A DNA stretch of 63,275 nt, the filler included, from Asterionella formosa (taxonomy: Eukaryota): NCBI GenBank assembly GCA_002256025.1. It is 9 parts of 9 records of this genome, joined end to end, with 100 filler letters (N's around TTAATTAATTAA, not from the genome) between each part and the next. Parts side by side here need not be neighbours in the genome. Positions count along the whole stretch, not along the records: positions 19,873 to 38,386 come from NKIB01004003.1; 8 more parts are not named here. The stretch is one strand, 5' to 3'. The position numbers and the translations under genes were made by a program. This document shows positions 23,811 to 35,570 of this stretch, in pieces (the stretch's first letter is position 1; the number at the start of each line of letters is the position of its first letter). The notes beneath the pieces are model-generated. The model had not been told where the DNA came from. It did no database searches and saw only the letters and a list, made by a program, of their open reading frames with translations.

Positions 23811-26800
23811 CTAATTAATGTTCAGTTTCTTTTTTAGCATATGATAGCGGCCCACATCTCCTCGACGTCTTGGCCCATTCATACCAAACATGAGCTGGAA
23901 ATCCTGGTCGGAAAACTCTTCGTGGTTTCCTCTGTAGAATGCTTCTAACTATAGAATATATGAGTGAGTCAATACGCAATCCCATGATGACCATAGGAAC
24001 GAGTCAAAGACCATCATGGCACTTACCTCTTCCATCTCGACTTCCATCATTGCCATGAAACTGGCTGAACGCTCGAAAGAAATAGCAGCAAGTTCGTCGT
24101 CCCAGAATGAGTGGTCGAAGCTAGTGGCGCCTTTTAAATCACGATACAATACAGACCCACTTCGGTCTAAGGCTTCAACTCCATTCAGTGTCAAAGGGGA
24201 TTTGGAGACAATACCCTCGCCATTTGCGATAACTCGAACAGTCTGCATCAAGAGCAATGGAATATATTGCTCCAAAGATGAAAAGGTATAGCCAGTTACA
24301 GCGTTTCCACTTGCCTCGCGGAGATTGTCGCTAGCGCCCATCAAATATTCGCCGAGATCGTTCACACAAGAAGGAATACGAACAGCGTCCTTGGCCACTA
24401 TAGTGGAACTTTTACAAATCTTGGATAAACGAGTGACACTGGAAGGAAGTAAAGACAAGTTAGTCACGGAACAAATAGCATTTTTCAGGTTCGGGCAATC
24501 GACACTTACTTCTGCATGAGCATGTCAATTCTACAGAACTTCGCTACTTTGACACCATGTGCCTTGATTGTCTTTATGGCTTCACGGAGGGCGCGAGTGG
24601 AGGTCAAAGCCTTTTCAAATGCCCCATTATGGCGAACCTTGAGGCGGCACTCCAGCAAACTGGACAACTTCAAAAGACTATGAGCCAGACAAGACGCCTT
24701 CATTAGCTCCTCGTCGGTGCAACACACAATAGAGTTAGAGCGGTCGTCCTTCGTGAAATCCAGGATTGAGGTGAGATGACTCAATTCCTGAATCAAAATC
24801 TGCTCCTCCTTCTCGACACCGCCTCCTAGGTCGAGGTCATCAGCCGTACTTTTTAGTTCGCTTACACTGTTGCGAGACTTTGGGTCACTCAAAGATGGGT
24901 TGAGTGGCGCAGAACTGGGATCCTTGTCGAAGTTATCGTCCATTTGAGTCGCTTCTAAGGCATCACCGTCTGCATACGCATGAAGAAGTTGCGCGAACGC
25001 ATTCCGTTTTTCGATAATTGCCCCAAACGACTTTTCTTTCCCTTCCTTTCCGCTATCTAAGAGGAAACGAAGAGCAGTCTTATCATTGCATAGCTGTCCC
25101 ACACGAGGCTTCACGCGAGAAATAAACGTCAGGATAGCGTGCTCCAAAACTCCCACTAAATGGAGGTACATCTTCTCGTCTTTTGGAAGGCGATGCAAGG
25201 CCAAGAAAAGGGGCCCGGTAGAGTTATAAAGAGCCTGGCAAGCAATACACATGTCGACATCCTGAGGTTTGTTTGAGTTAGGACGACCGTATAACGATCG
25301 ATCGATGACAGGATCAAAGGCATCTTCACGTTCCAACGCTTGAGTAGTTCCGTTAATGGCATCGTGCTGAAGAACAGGAATCAACTGTCTCTTGATGACA
25401 CCATCCAAATAGTGCAAGGCACCTTCCTCCGAAAACTGCCCGTATGACTGACTACTCATATCTTCACCAGAGATAACTGCAAGTTCATCCCGCAGTTCCT
25501 CAGTTTCCCATGACCACTTTGCAAGGGAACGACGGAATTCCAATGCGTGACGGACTTGAGGTGTTGTGTTTGTTTTTGGCATCAGTACATTCGTCACAAA
25601 CTCGCTCGCCGTCTTATCGGTGTTGTTCACACGAACAGAGGCCATAGCCATGGTGTCATTCTTGGCGGCTGCTTCCGTAATACCGAGAGAAAACAATCCA
25701 CGCTCCTGAGAATTCTGAGCAATGTGTTGGCGTTCTTGGTGACTCTGTTGTCCCTGCTGACCCCCGTCCTCTTCTTCAATCAAAGTTCCCCTGAGAAAAT
25801 CTTTTATTTCTCGCTGCATGGCATCGTAAGCGTTGATCAAAACAGAGTGAAGCGCTGTTGCTTTATTCCCGATGGAGTGAAGCTTTAAATCCTTCTCGGT
25901 TGTCTGAAAAGTTAATAGGAGAAATATTTAGTGTCGCCAAGAGCATCAGCAGTCAAGTAAGGAATGAGTGTAGTGATTTCACTTACAATGCGGTAACGAA
26001 AGATTTGCGCCAAATGAGCAAGGCGAATCATGACGCATCCGTACGAAGACAATAATCCTGTTAAATGGCGACGAAAGTCTTTCAAATTTAGCGAGCGCCC
26101 ACGCCGAGGTTGCTGTTGCTTGTCAAGACGGGCAAATGTCTTGGCCTGCTCTTTTTGCGACAGCTTCCGAATCTCGAGTTCGATATTTTCATTCAGGGTC
26201 CGCTCCACATCATCCAAACGTTCCAACTTGGTCAAACATTCCAATAAAATACGCAAGGCCAGGACATGGTCTGCATACCGTGGGAGACTGCGGGTATGAG
26301 CGTCGTCCCATGAATTCCCCGCCATTTCTTCTAGGCAACGCATTTCGTCTGCTTCCAAGTCGAGTTCAGCTTCTAACAGGGAGACAGGAATCATCATTTT
26401 TGTCAACTTTTTGACAACCTCCGGATTCTTGGGGGCATCGTCTCGTGAAAAGAGGGAGGCCCCTGATCCCGCACTATCAACACTCTCGTCGTCACCGACT
26501 CCTGGTCGGCGGATGCGGCTCATGAATGGGTTTTTCATTCCATTCTGAATAAAGCTCCGGGAGTCACTCGCAATACTGGCTCCCGAACTGGGAACCTTGT
26601 TTTCCGTGGTTACTAATTTCTGTTCTGGAGGCGCAGCCATTCCGTTTCCAGTACGCAAATATAGAACATCATAGAGTGTGTCCCAAATTATTTGATCGGC
26701 CCGCTGACTACGCTCCATTAACTGCATACTGATATGCTGCAGAGCGTGGACATGACTGACATTTGTATGAAACGCAACATATTTGGCTCGCGATAAAATG

Positions 26801-27483
26801 TTTGTCGCCGCTCCGATTCGAATCGGTCCCGGCGGTTTGATCAATGCGTCGAACTGTTGCGGAGCAGCTCGAACAATGTCAATTTTAGTCAATAATCCCA
26901 AAACAGCTTCGCATTCCAGCTTCTTCAACCACAACTCTCTGAGCGACATGGCTGCCGCTTGTGCCGCACTTGCTCCCTTTGCATCTCCAGATACCATTCC
27001 AACCGGATTGGACGATCCCAAGGTTTCCTTGATGTCTCTCACTTGTCGTCTTAAATGTCGCACCATGGTAACAGCATCACTGAACTGCCTCGCCACTTTC
27101 CCAACTTGGACCACACTGCTGTTCAGATCAGCACAATGACGAATGGCCATGTGCTCAATGGCATCTTCAACGACTTTCTGTTGTTTCTTGAGTGCGCGAT
27201 ACGCTGGATTATTCTTTCGCAGGTTTTCATAATCTGATATGCTTGAATTGGCATGCATGGCTGCTGGTTCTTCGACTTGCGCGCCCAGCACGTCAATGAC
27301 GCGGTGCAGTGTGTGAAACTTGAGTGGGTCCTCGAAAAAGTCATCATCGACCTCCGTCGTCAAACGGTCTTCCAGTATATCCAAGTCCTCGTGAATATCA
27401 CTGCCGCGGCGATTGGTAACCTGGGGAGGAGGATCGAAGGCGTCGTCGTCATCCCATTCGTTGAACTTGGCGGCCTGACGCAT
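23811..27483 (-). CDS. SEC8: Exocyst complex component Sec8/EXOC4; exons 27483-25987, 25903-24510, 24438-24027, 23948-23811 (~1146 aa)
   Basis: N-terminal Sec8-type coiled coil (VVEDAIEH..DLNSSV..FSDAV..VRDIKETL..LRELW..LLTKIDIV); three GTAAGT..YAG introns (83, 71, 78 bp) join the ORFs in frame. Start codon is a best guess because the frame is open further upstream. Confidence 0.85.
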
Positions 27484-27755
27484 GATTCGTGACAAAGATC
27501 TTGTTTGTTCGTTTGCTTTTGGTCGTTTTTGTGATTCCCCGCCACGAGGAAAAGTCGAGATGTCAAACAGATGCTGAAGTGCTGAATGGTGGGAGCAAAG
27601 GAGAGAATCCAACGGAATTCCTAACGTTTTGGTTGCCTCGGCACACACGACTGTTAGGTTTAGTAGTCTACCTGAAGGTGTAAGAATAAAGGTTGTTGGA
27701 CCAGATCGCATTGCTTTTTCAGGTGGCTGTTGCTTACACGATGTCATAGCCTGTG

Positions 27756-28484
27756 GAGTACCAGGTACCTGGTACCTGGTACCAGGTACTGTATGTAGCC
27801 CGGTAACGGGACGCTTGTACATGGTCCGCCAGCACTGAGCAAAACTCACTCAAGGATGTGTTATTCAATACACATATATCCAGAGATGCATGTGTCGTAT
27901 TACCGTTTTGTTAAAATCATTTGTTGATACGGCAGTACCCCCCCGGTACGCACCAGCAACCGTGTACCTGGTAACTGATTACTTGGGGTACCAGGTACCA
28001 GGGGTACCATAACTGGTTGGAGTATACCCAGTAGTGTATACATACAGTACCTGGTACCAATCAATCCGGATCATATAACGAGCGTTGGGGTGGGCCCCTC
28101 TGCTTTGCCGCCTTGTTATGCAGCACTGTACCCTGGTACCTGGTACCTGGTAGTCTATTTGTATAAAATATGTACGATATACAAGCAATCAACAAGTCGT
28201 TTGATGCATGTAGTAAAGAGGGGCATGCATAGCTATGCGAGGTCTGTATTCTCGGGTTTAAGAATCTTGGTGATTTCGCACATTTACGTTTAGGTTTTTT
28301 TTCCAAAGTTACCTAAACGTAGGATTCCATATTGACTACTTTGAATGTAGTCAATAGAAACCCAATTATCATTATCGTCGTAGAATGACTACCGGTACAT
28401 ATAGGACGCATCATATACGGGTATATCAAATACATATATAAAACAATAGCTATAGGTACCGGTACTCTGGTACCTGGTACCTGG
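27756..28484. repeat. Cluster of GGTACC-containing heptamer repeats, (CCAGGTA)n/(TACCTGG)n
   Basis: e.g. GTACCAGGTACCTGGTACCTGGTACCAGGTAC at ~27758-27789; more at 27964-28060, 28128-28152, 28455-28484. Confidence 0.85.
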
Positions 28485-28650
28485 TGTTGAAGGGAACCTT
28501 GTCGTTAACAAAGGTGAGCTACAATATAATGACTATTCTGTATCTGTGGTCCGCGTATGATTATCACAAAACTGGTATGTATCGGATCTGGTGGCTACGC
28601 TAGTACTGACTGTGTGGCGCATACGTAGATGTCGTACCCAGGGATTAACA
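28485..28650 (-). repeat. 3' LTR of copia (166 bp, TG...CA)
   Basis: Minus strand TGTTAATCCC...CCCTTCAACA directly after the PPT; 129 bp shared with 33949-34077 (4 mismatches). Confidence 0.93.
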
Positions 28651-31600
28651 CACCCTCACCACCAGATTCAGGAAGAAAAGGAAGGGCATTTGGTGATGGG
28701 AATTGGAAGAGGGGGGGGGGGGGGGGGGGGGGGGGCAACCCACTATTTCTTTCGCGGGGGGAGATGATATCAGCATGGGAAGCCAAACACGCATAATAAT
28801 TTGGAGGGGAGGAGGAAGGGAGATTACCAGAGTGTAAATATTGCGAGCGCAATTTAGTGTGGTGGGATGCAGGATGATGTTTTGTAAAATAATCAGCGCG
28901 ATTCAGACTACCTTGCTTCCAATAAACATGAAACTGTCCTTGGCAGACCCTATCCCGAATCCAATAAAAATGCATGTCCATGGCCCTGGACCGTTTTTGA
29001 AACAACACAGTATTATTGGCAATACCACTCTTGCAGTACTGTTGTCAGTGACAATTGGTGTAGGTAGTTGTGGGTGGCCAAGTTCATCAAGGACATTGCG
29101 GATTGCGAAAGCCTCCTTGCCATTATGGAATAAAGCAGCAAGCTCTGCTTCAGCAGCACTGGACAATACTTCCTTGAGAATTTGACAATGTACATAAATA
29201 GCGCCATTAAAGGGGGGAATAATGGCATTGGATTCAGTCGGGGGATGTAAAGGTTTACAACTTAAGAAATGTATTCCAGCAGCCCAAGAATGGCCCCAAG
29301 ATTTGGACAAATACGACGCATCACTTTCAACATGTAACACTATATCGCTGGCAATATATCGAAGTGTGGTCTCAGGATTGGTTGCACAATAGTTTAACAG
29401 CTGAGTAATGGTCTTCATGGGGCGATGGTAGGTTTTGCCTGTTGAGTAGCCAGTGAACCAATTGCTGGTAGCATTGTGCTATCGACAGCACGTGCATAGT
29501 ATAGCAAGGTGCCAAGGACCTCCTGGACACGCTTTTGGTCAGTTAAATCTAAGGCCGGAGTCATGTCCGTGACATCAAATTGTTGGCAAGCGCCATATAT
29601 TGGTGGGGTCCATGCATGCGGAGCATGTTGTGGGTGAACCGGTGGGGGGTGTTCAAGGCGCTGGAGAGCATGGGCAATGTAACCGGGCATGGTGAGATCG
29701 ACTGTACAGTGCTCGTAGTCCCAATGGAGAGTGACACCAATGTATCAAGTGCTTGTCTAATCAGTGGTTAGTCGATATTTTGTGCGTAGGGTTGTGATAA
29801 GGCGGTCCACATCCGCGCGTGGGTGTAATGCACCCCAAAATTGTCAACAACAAGAGTGAACATGAAGTCGCTATGAGTATCTTTCCAAAGACCAGGATGA
29901 GTGATGGGACATAGGAGATAACCGTGTGGTAAGAGGATCTGCTCGACGAGCTGTTCATTGGCAAGTTTTCCAGCCTGTAGGAGGCCATACATCCCACGAC
30001 GAATTTTGGCATATACCTGACCATGAGTGATTTTTGAAGATAGATTATATAACTCCTGGATATGCGGCGGAATCATCCACAGGGGAATTCGCACATATTC
30101 ATACTCATCGCGGGGTAAGTGGCTTTCAAGGTAGAAATCGGATAAATCCAGTGTCATGAAGCGACCATTTTGGGTACTGATGGTGCTGTTAAAGAGACAT
30201 TTTGTTGTGGTCAAGTCCGCAGTTTTGGTACTAATGTTTCCAGTATAAATGACCTGGTCACCACCAGCAGCAGTCCACCAGACGCGCTGTGGAAGTTTTT
30301 TCAGGGCGATCCGCACACACAATACGTATATATGTTGCACGTTTGTTTACAGGGATTTGATGTTTATGGACAAAGAAACAGCAATTTGTGCCAGTTGGCA
30401 TTTGGGTATTGGCACCGAGACCCTGGAACAAACAGCCAATCTCAAGGCCATTAGCAGATGCCCAGAGAGGAGCAGTGGTGCTGCATGATAATAATTCTTT
30501 GTATACCGCTTTTTTCCAGTGTCCGGATTGAGTGCGGTGCCGTGGAAACAGAATGCGATGTCAGGGGGAAGGAGGGAGGTGGCGGGGTCACTAATAAGTT
30601 GTGTTGCTAGAGCAGCTTCTTGTGTAGGGGGGGGGGAGGTGTATATGACTGTTTTTGTGGAAGAACAAGTGGTACAGCTAATGCCTGGGTGGCACGGCGT
30701 TGCTTTTGACGGTTGCGACGACCTTGAGGCCGCAATGGGGTGAGCTGGTGGTGAATGGCCTCGACTGTGTGCAACAGCATCACGATAAGACATATGTGGG
30801 GGAATGGCCTGTTCAGGTAGATCCATGGGAATGACAGTGCCTATTTGTAGGGGCATCATCCTCAGTGGATCTGTACAGGGTGAGTCAAAGGAGTGCATGG
30901 GGTTGTCATCATTGGGAATCACTGCATGCTGGTCAGTGGTTGTGCTGGGGGTGACGGCCACCCTCAGTGATGTTGCATGGGGGGGGGGAGGGACAGGATG
31001 TGGCTGGATAGTGGGAGAGACAACGGGCGGAAGAACGGTAGAAAGAATTTCGATGAGCTGCTGTATGGCAGCTTTGTGGGTGGCAGTGAGGGGGGTGACT
31101 GGGGAGGGGGATGTTGGATGATTTAGGGCATGAGCAATGTCCTGCAAACTCGTCGCAATGAGATCCGTTGAAGAAGTGGTAGGAAGTACAACCTTGGTGG
31201 GGAACCATGCCACGGTGTCACAGATACGTGGTGTGGTGCGAGTGTCCCACATCCATATATGGTAACACCGATAGGAATCCAATGCCGGGCCAACATACCA
31301 TCTGTCTAGAGCATGTGGGGACCAAGTGGTGCGATTTTGTGGTTTTTCGTGCACAAGAACACGACAGCCTGGTGGCGCCAATGGACAGCGATTGTAATCA
31401 AAGATGCCATGGACCTGTGCCCATGCAGATAATTTGGGATTAATGTGGGAAGCACGGAGTAAGTTTAATGTCAGTTCAGCTTGGCTTATTAATTGATCCC
31501 ATAAGTGGAGGGGAAAATCCTTATCAACACCACAAAGCCCAGCAATGAAATGATTTTGAAAAGTCCTTATGGCATGCTCGGCGGCATTTCGATGGTGAAC

Positions 31601-33936
31601 TGCAGGCGGAACTAATTGGAAATCAATGGATTCGACGTCAAGGAACTCTTTGAGGAGGGTAGAACATTCATTGTCCAATCTTTGTAATTTTGGGCGAAGG
31701 CCTGCTTGACAAAAGCGGAAATGGAGGTGTTTGTAGGCCGCAAGAAGGCAGGGAGCTGTACAATTACAAAAAGGCTGGGCAAAAATAAAATTACTGTCAT
31801 AATCATAAATAATCATGACATAATTGTTGCCAGTGCTGGATGGCAGGATGAATTTTCCAGTTTGATCAGATTATATTTGGCCAGTGGGAGTGATGACTGC
31901 AGCAAAACACATGCATGTTAGTAGGAGTATCAATTCCCAAAGGGTGCATGTCGGTAGTGCAGTCGTTGTTGTCAGGGGATGGGATGGACGCATTGGCAGG
32001 AATCATGGGAGCTGCTATAATTTTTGTTGACCGCTGATTTTGGCGAGTTTGGTCTAGGTGCCCTTTGATGGTTGCAATGGATTGGGGTGGATGTTTATGG
32101 AGCATATTAAATGTAAGGCCAGGGAAATTTGTTAAGAAACCGTTGGATAGAGCTTTTTCCAAGGTCGAAAGGGCAGGAGAGAATAAGGTGGCATGGTCAA
32201 AAGCAACTAAGTCAGCCGCTTTATGAGTTCCAATCGCTGTGGCAGCAGAATGTGTGGGATATGAGGGCGGGCTAGTAGGCATGGCTGTGCCAGTAGTGGA
32301 CGGGACATGCCACAATTTTGTGGTGGTAGATCGGTGGCCTTGTAAGATACAACATCCATCTATCAAGACATGCATGTGTGTTCGGGTGAAGTGGACATCA
32401 TAACCAGCATCGCACAATTGTCCAATGGAAAGTAACAAGCAATTATGGAGACCAGGAACTAGATGCATATGTCTTGCATCAGGGAGAAGCATAGGAAGAT
32501 CAAGTTCAGCCTCATGAGTGGAGAAGACCTGGTCGCCATTTGGGAGTTGAATTGTGATGGGTTGTGTACTAGTGGGGCGTTTGTTTAGCACAGGTAGGTC
32601 AAAGGTGGCAAAATTTCCAGAACTACCAGAATCGGCAATTAGAGTGATGGGGGGGGGGGTTAGCCGGCATAACAGATAAACTAGCATTAATAGCGTTATC
32701 CGCTATGACTTGCTCCCCTCGGGGTCACACATTGGAAGGTGGGGTGGGAGAATTTGTATGGGTTGGCGCACGAAGGGTGCAAGAAGGCCTGGTGCCATCG
32801 CTGAACATTCTGGCACTACCACCCAGACGTTTGTCAAATGTGGCATGGTTCTGATGGCCAGGAGCAGGATGTGCGCATGTTGCACTGGTATGTTTGTGCT
32901 TTTTGGTTAGACCCAGCAATATCCCAATTGTATACTGTTGCAAGAGAAAGAATTATGGACAGAAGGAATCACGTGAGTAGCCGCCGCAATACTGGTAGTA
33001 GGTGTGTAATCATGAGTCTGCAAGGCAGCATGGGCACCATGATAACCAGCTGTGGAAGCAGTGAGAAGCCGAAGGCGTTCTTTGTCCCCATGAACAAAAT
33101 GGGAACGAAAAGTGCTCAATGTGTGTTCCAGGTCAGGGCGATCATGCCACGTGCGGATACTATGTGAATATACGCCAGTTTGTTCCAGGGCAGACAAAGT
33201 AAGCCTCATAACGGTGCTGTCAGAGAGAGGTTCACCACCTGATTGGCCACAGCACAGATGTGTTTGATTCGAATCCACAGATTTTCGATTGGCTCCTCGA
33301 GATCATTCCATGTAGTAGATAAACGCATGCGATTCAATTCCAAATCATCAGCTGTCAATGTAGCATAATTTTTTTCTAAATGATCAAGCAACCGAAGAAT
33401 GGTGACATCTGCATATCCAAATGTATTGTCCTCAAGCACATTGTAATATGCAGGATCGACAGCTGTGAGAATTTGTTGACGCAATGCCTCAGTAACCTGG
33501 GCATATCGGCGAAAAGTGTCTAACAAACAATCATATTGCCGGTTAGCAGCAGTGAGTTGAGTGCCAGGATGAACTGGAAGAACAAAAACCTCGCCAGCAC
33601 GAAGAAGATACTATGCAGCGGGCATGACAATACCCAGGAAACCGTTGGCTCCGCCTCCACCAGTGCAGTGGACGGAGCGCGCATTGGCATACACCTCCTT
33701 GCGGAGTTGAGCCACAGTGAGAATCGTAGGCTTTCCATCAATTGGCGTGAGGAGGGGATGAGGAAAGGGGAAAACAGGTGCAGTGGAGGAAAAAGTCATG
33801 GTGATGGAAAATGTAACAGGATGGATGCACATGCAAGGTCTTTTGGAGTCACAACGTCAAGAGCGACGAAGGCACGTGCAAGAGATGGCAACAAAAAGGG
33901 GCCACAACGTCAAGAGCAACGAAGGGGGGTAAAAGG

Positions 33937-33948
33937 ATATTGTAGCTC
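33937..33948 (-). promoter_or_regulatory. Primer-binding site complementary to its own LTR (self-priming candidate)
   Basis: Minus-strand GAGCTACAATAT immediately follows the 5' LTR and is the exact reverse complement of LTR positions 33980-33991. Confidence 0.75.
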
Positions 33949-34077
33949 TGTTGAAGGGAACCTTGTCGTTAACAAAGGTGAGCTACAATATTATGACTAT
34001 TCTGTATCTGTGGTCAGCGTATGATTATCACAATACTGGTATGTATCGGATCTGGTGGCTACGCTGGTACTGACTGT
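33949..34077 (-). repeat. 5' LTR of copia, outer ~37 bp missing
   Basis: Matches 28485-28613; similarity stops abruptly at 34077. Confidence 0.92.
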
Positions 34078-34664
34078 TCTGTAAAATCCACAATACAATG
34101 AGATAGCTGTATCCAAGCCAATTCCATACATGCAAACCTTTTCCTGCCACTTGGCTAATCCTTCAACCATCACAACTGCTTCCTTCCAGGACTTTGTTGT
34201 GACATGTGGCTTATGATACCATTTACTCTGGAGCATGCTTGCCTGCATATATGTCCTTGTTTGCTTTAGCCTCACATCTCACCAACAAAGCATCCCTTGA
34301 TGTTTATCACGCCTTTAACTCATATTTTCATATTGGTTTTTACATGCAGTGGTACCAGCAACAAGTACTTATGTAATTGTGATTTGGAGATTGTTGTAGG
34401 AAACCCATTAGGGGCAACAAGTGCAAAGGTTGCCATTGTAGCTCAGCTCTGGAAAACTTGAATCTTATAGCTTCCTTTATTTTAGTTGATTCATAAGTGA
34501 TGTCAAATATTGTGAGACAGAGCAAAACAGTAAAATTTCTGCAGTTTGAAAAAACTTGACTATTACTGTGAAATGGTAGTATATGTAAGCACCCGGTGAG
34601 TGCAACATTCATTCCATTTCGTTTGATTTCTTTCAGAAAAACATTGCAGGATAAAATTATAATG

Positions 34665-35570
34665 TCACAACTTGGCCAGCTTTGGTAAACTCCCATAAAC
34701 TGGCAAATGGCATTCGTCAGCAATCTCCACCAAAGGCAAGAAGGTATACGCACTTCCCCCATCCACGCACATGACAGCCCCGGTCACATATGATGCTCCT
34801 TCACTTAATAACCATACTGTAGCTGATGCAATCTCCTCTGGGGTCCCAAACCTCTTCGCTGGAAGTGTAGGGAGTATTTTGCCTACAAAGTAATCTCCAG
34901 CAGGTCCATAGTTGGCAAAACCAGATTCGGTCCAGATAATCCCTGGTCTAACGCAGTTGATGCGAACTGACGATTCCATCCATTCCGTACACAATGTGGC
35001 AGTCATGTTTTCGACACCAGCTCTGGCAGCACCTGAATGGACCATATGGGGCATGCCGTTCCGATTGCCGAGAGTGATGTTGACAATAGAACCTCCGTGG
35101 TCTCGCATGTATTGAGTATAGGCTTCTCGACACATTAGAAAAGTGCCCATGAGATTTGTGTCCACAACAGCGGCAAATCCTTTCGTCGACATATCAGCGG
35201 CAGGGCAGACAAACTGTCCTCCAGCGTTGTTAACGAGCATATGCAAGGCACCGTAGGTAGAAACCACGTGGGAAATCAAGGCTTGAATTTCTGATTCTGT
35301 TCGCAAACTTGTCGATGGTCCAACGACTACTCGTCCTGTCGACGTTTTCGTGTGCTGTAGTATGTCGTTCATTTCCTTGGCAGCACTCCGACATGTCTCG
35401 AGAGTCCTGGACGCAATCACTACAGTTGCGCCAATTGAGGCCAACTCAAAAGCGATAGCACGACCAATTCCAGTTCCTCCTCCCGTCACGAGGGCAATTT
35501 TATGTTCCATCAAGTCGTGACGAAAACATGTCTTGTAGGATGTGGACGATTCAATGATGGTCGACGGCAT
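34665..35570 (-). CDS. PECR: Peroxisomal trans-2-enoyl-CoA reductase (SDR family)
   Basis: 301-aa intronless ORF; TGGGTGIG, NNAGGQF, HSGAARAGVEN, RINCVRPG, VDGG; C-terminal PTS1 AKL. Confidence 0.9.
   Translation of the reverse strand: MPSTIIESSTSYKTCFRHDLMEHKIALVTGGGTGIGRAIAFELASIGATVVIASRTLETCRSAAKEMNDILQHTKTSTGRVVVGPSTSLRTESEIQALISHVVSTYGALHMLVNNAGGQFVCPAADMSTKGFAAVVDTNLMGTFLMCREAYTQYMRDHGGSIVNITLGNRNGMPHMVHSGAARAGVENMTATLCTEWMESSVRINCVRPGIIWTESGFANYGPAGDYFVGKILPTLPAKRFGTPEEIASATVWLLSEGASYVTGAVMCVDGGSAYTFLPLVEIADECHLPVYGSLPKLAKL

Larger units (their letters stand above)
28485..34077 (-). mobile_element. Near-complete but frameshifted Ty1/copia (CoDi-type) LTR retrotransposon
   Basis: LTRs 33949-34077 and 28485-28650; gag fragments 32700-33832; protease ADSGSSGNF; integrase QRLDNECS..NAAEHAIRTFQNHF; RT DLSDFYL, GMYGLLQAG, LVVDNFG; RNase H SDASYLS, AAEAE, SRAMDMHFYWIRDR..ADYFTKHH; PPT GGTGGTGAGGGTG. 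Confidence 0.97.

Noticed and set aside
27484..27849. N-terminal extension of Sec8 in the 645-aa ORF
   Set aside because: It runs through GGTACC micro-repeats (VPGTRYQVPGT) and looks like UTR/promoter, although an upstream ATG is not strictly excluded.
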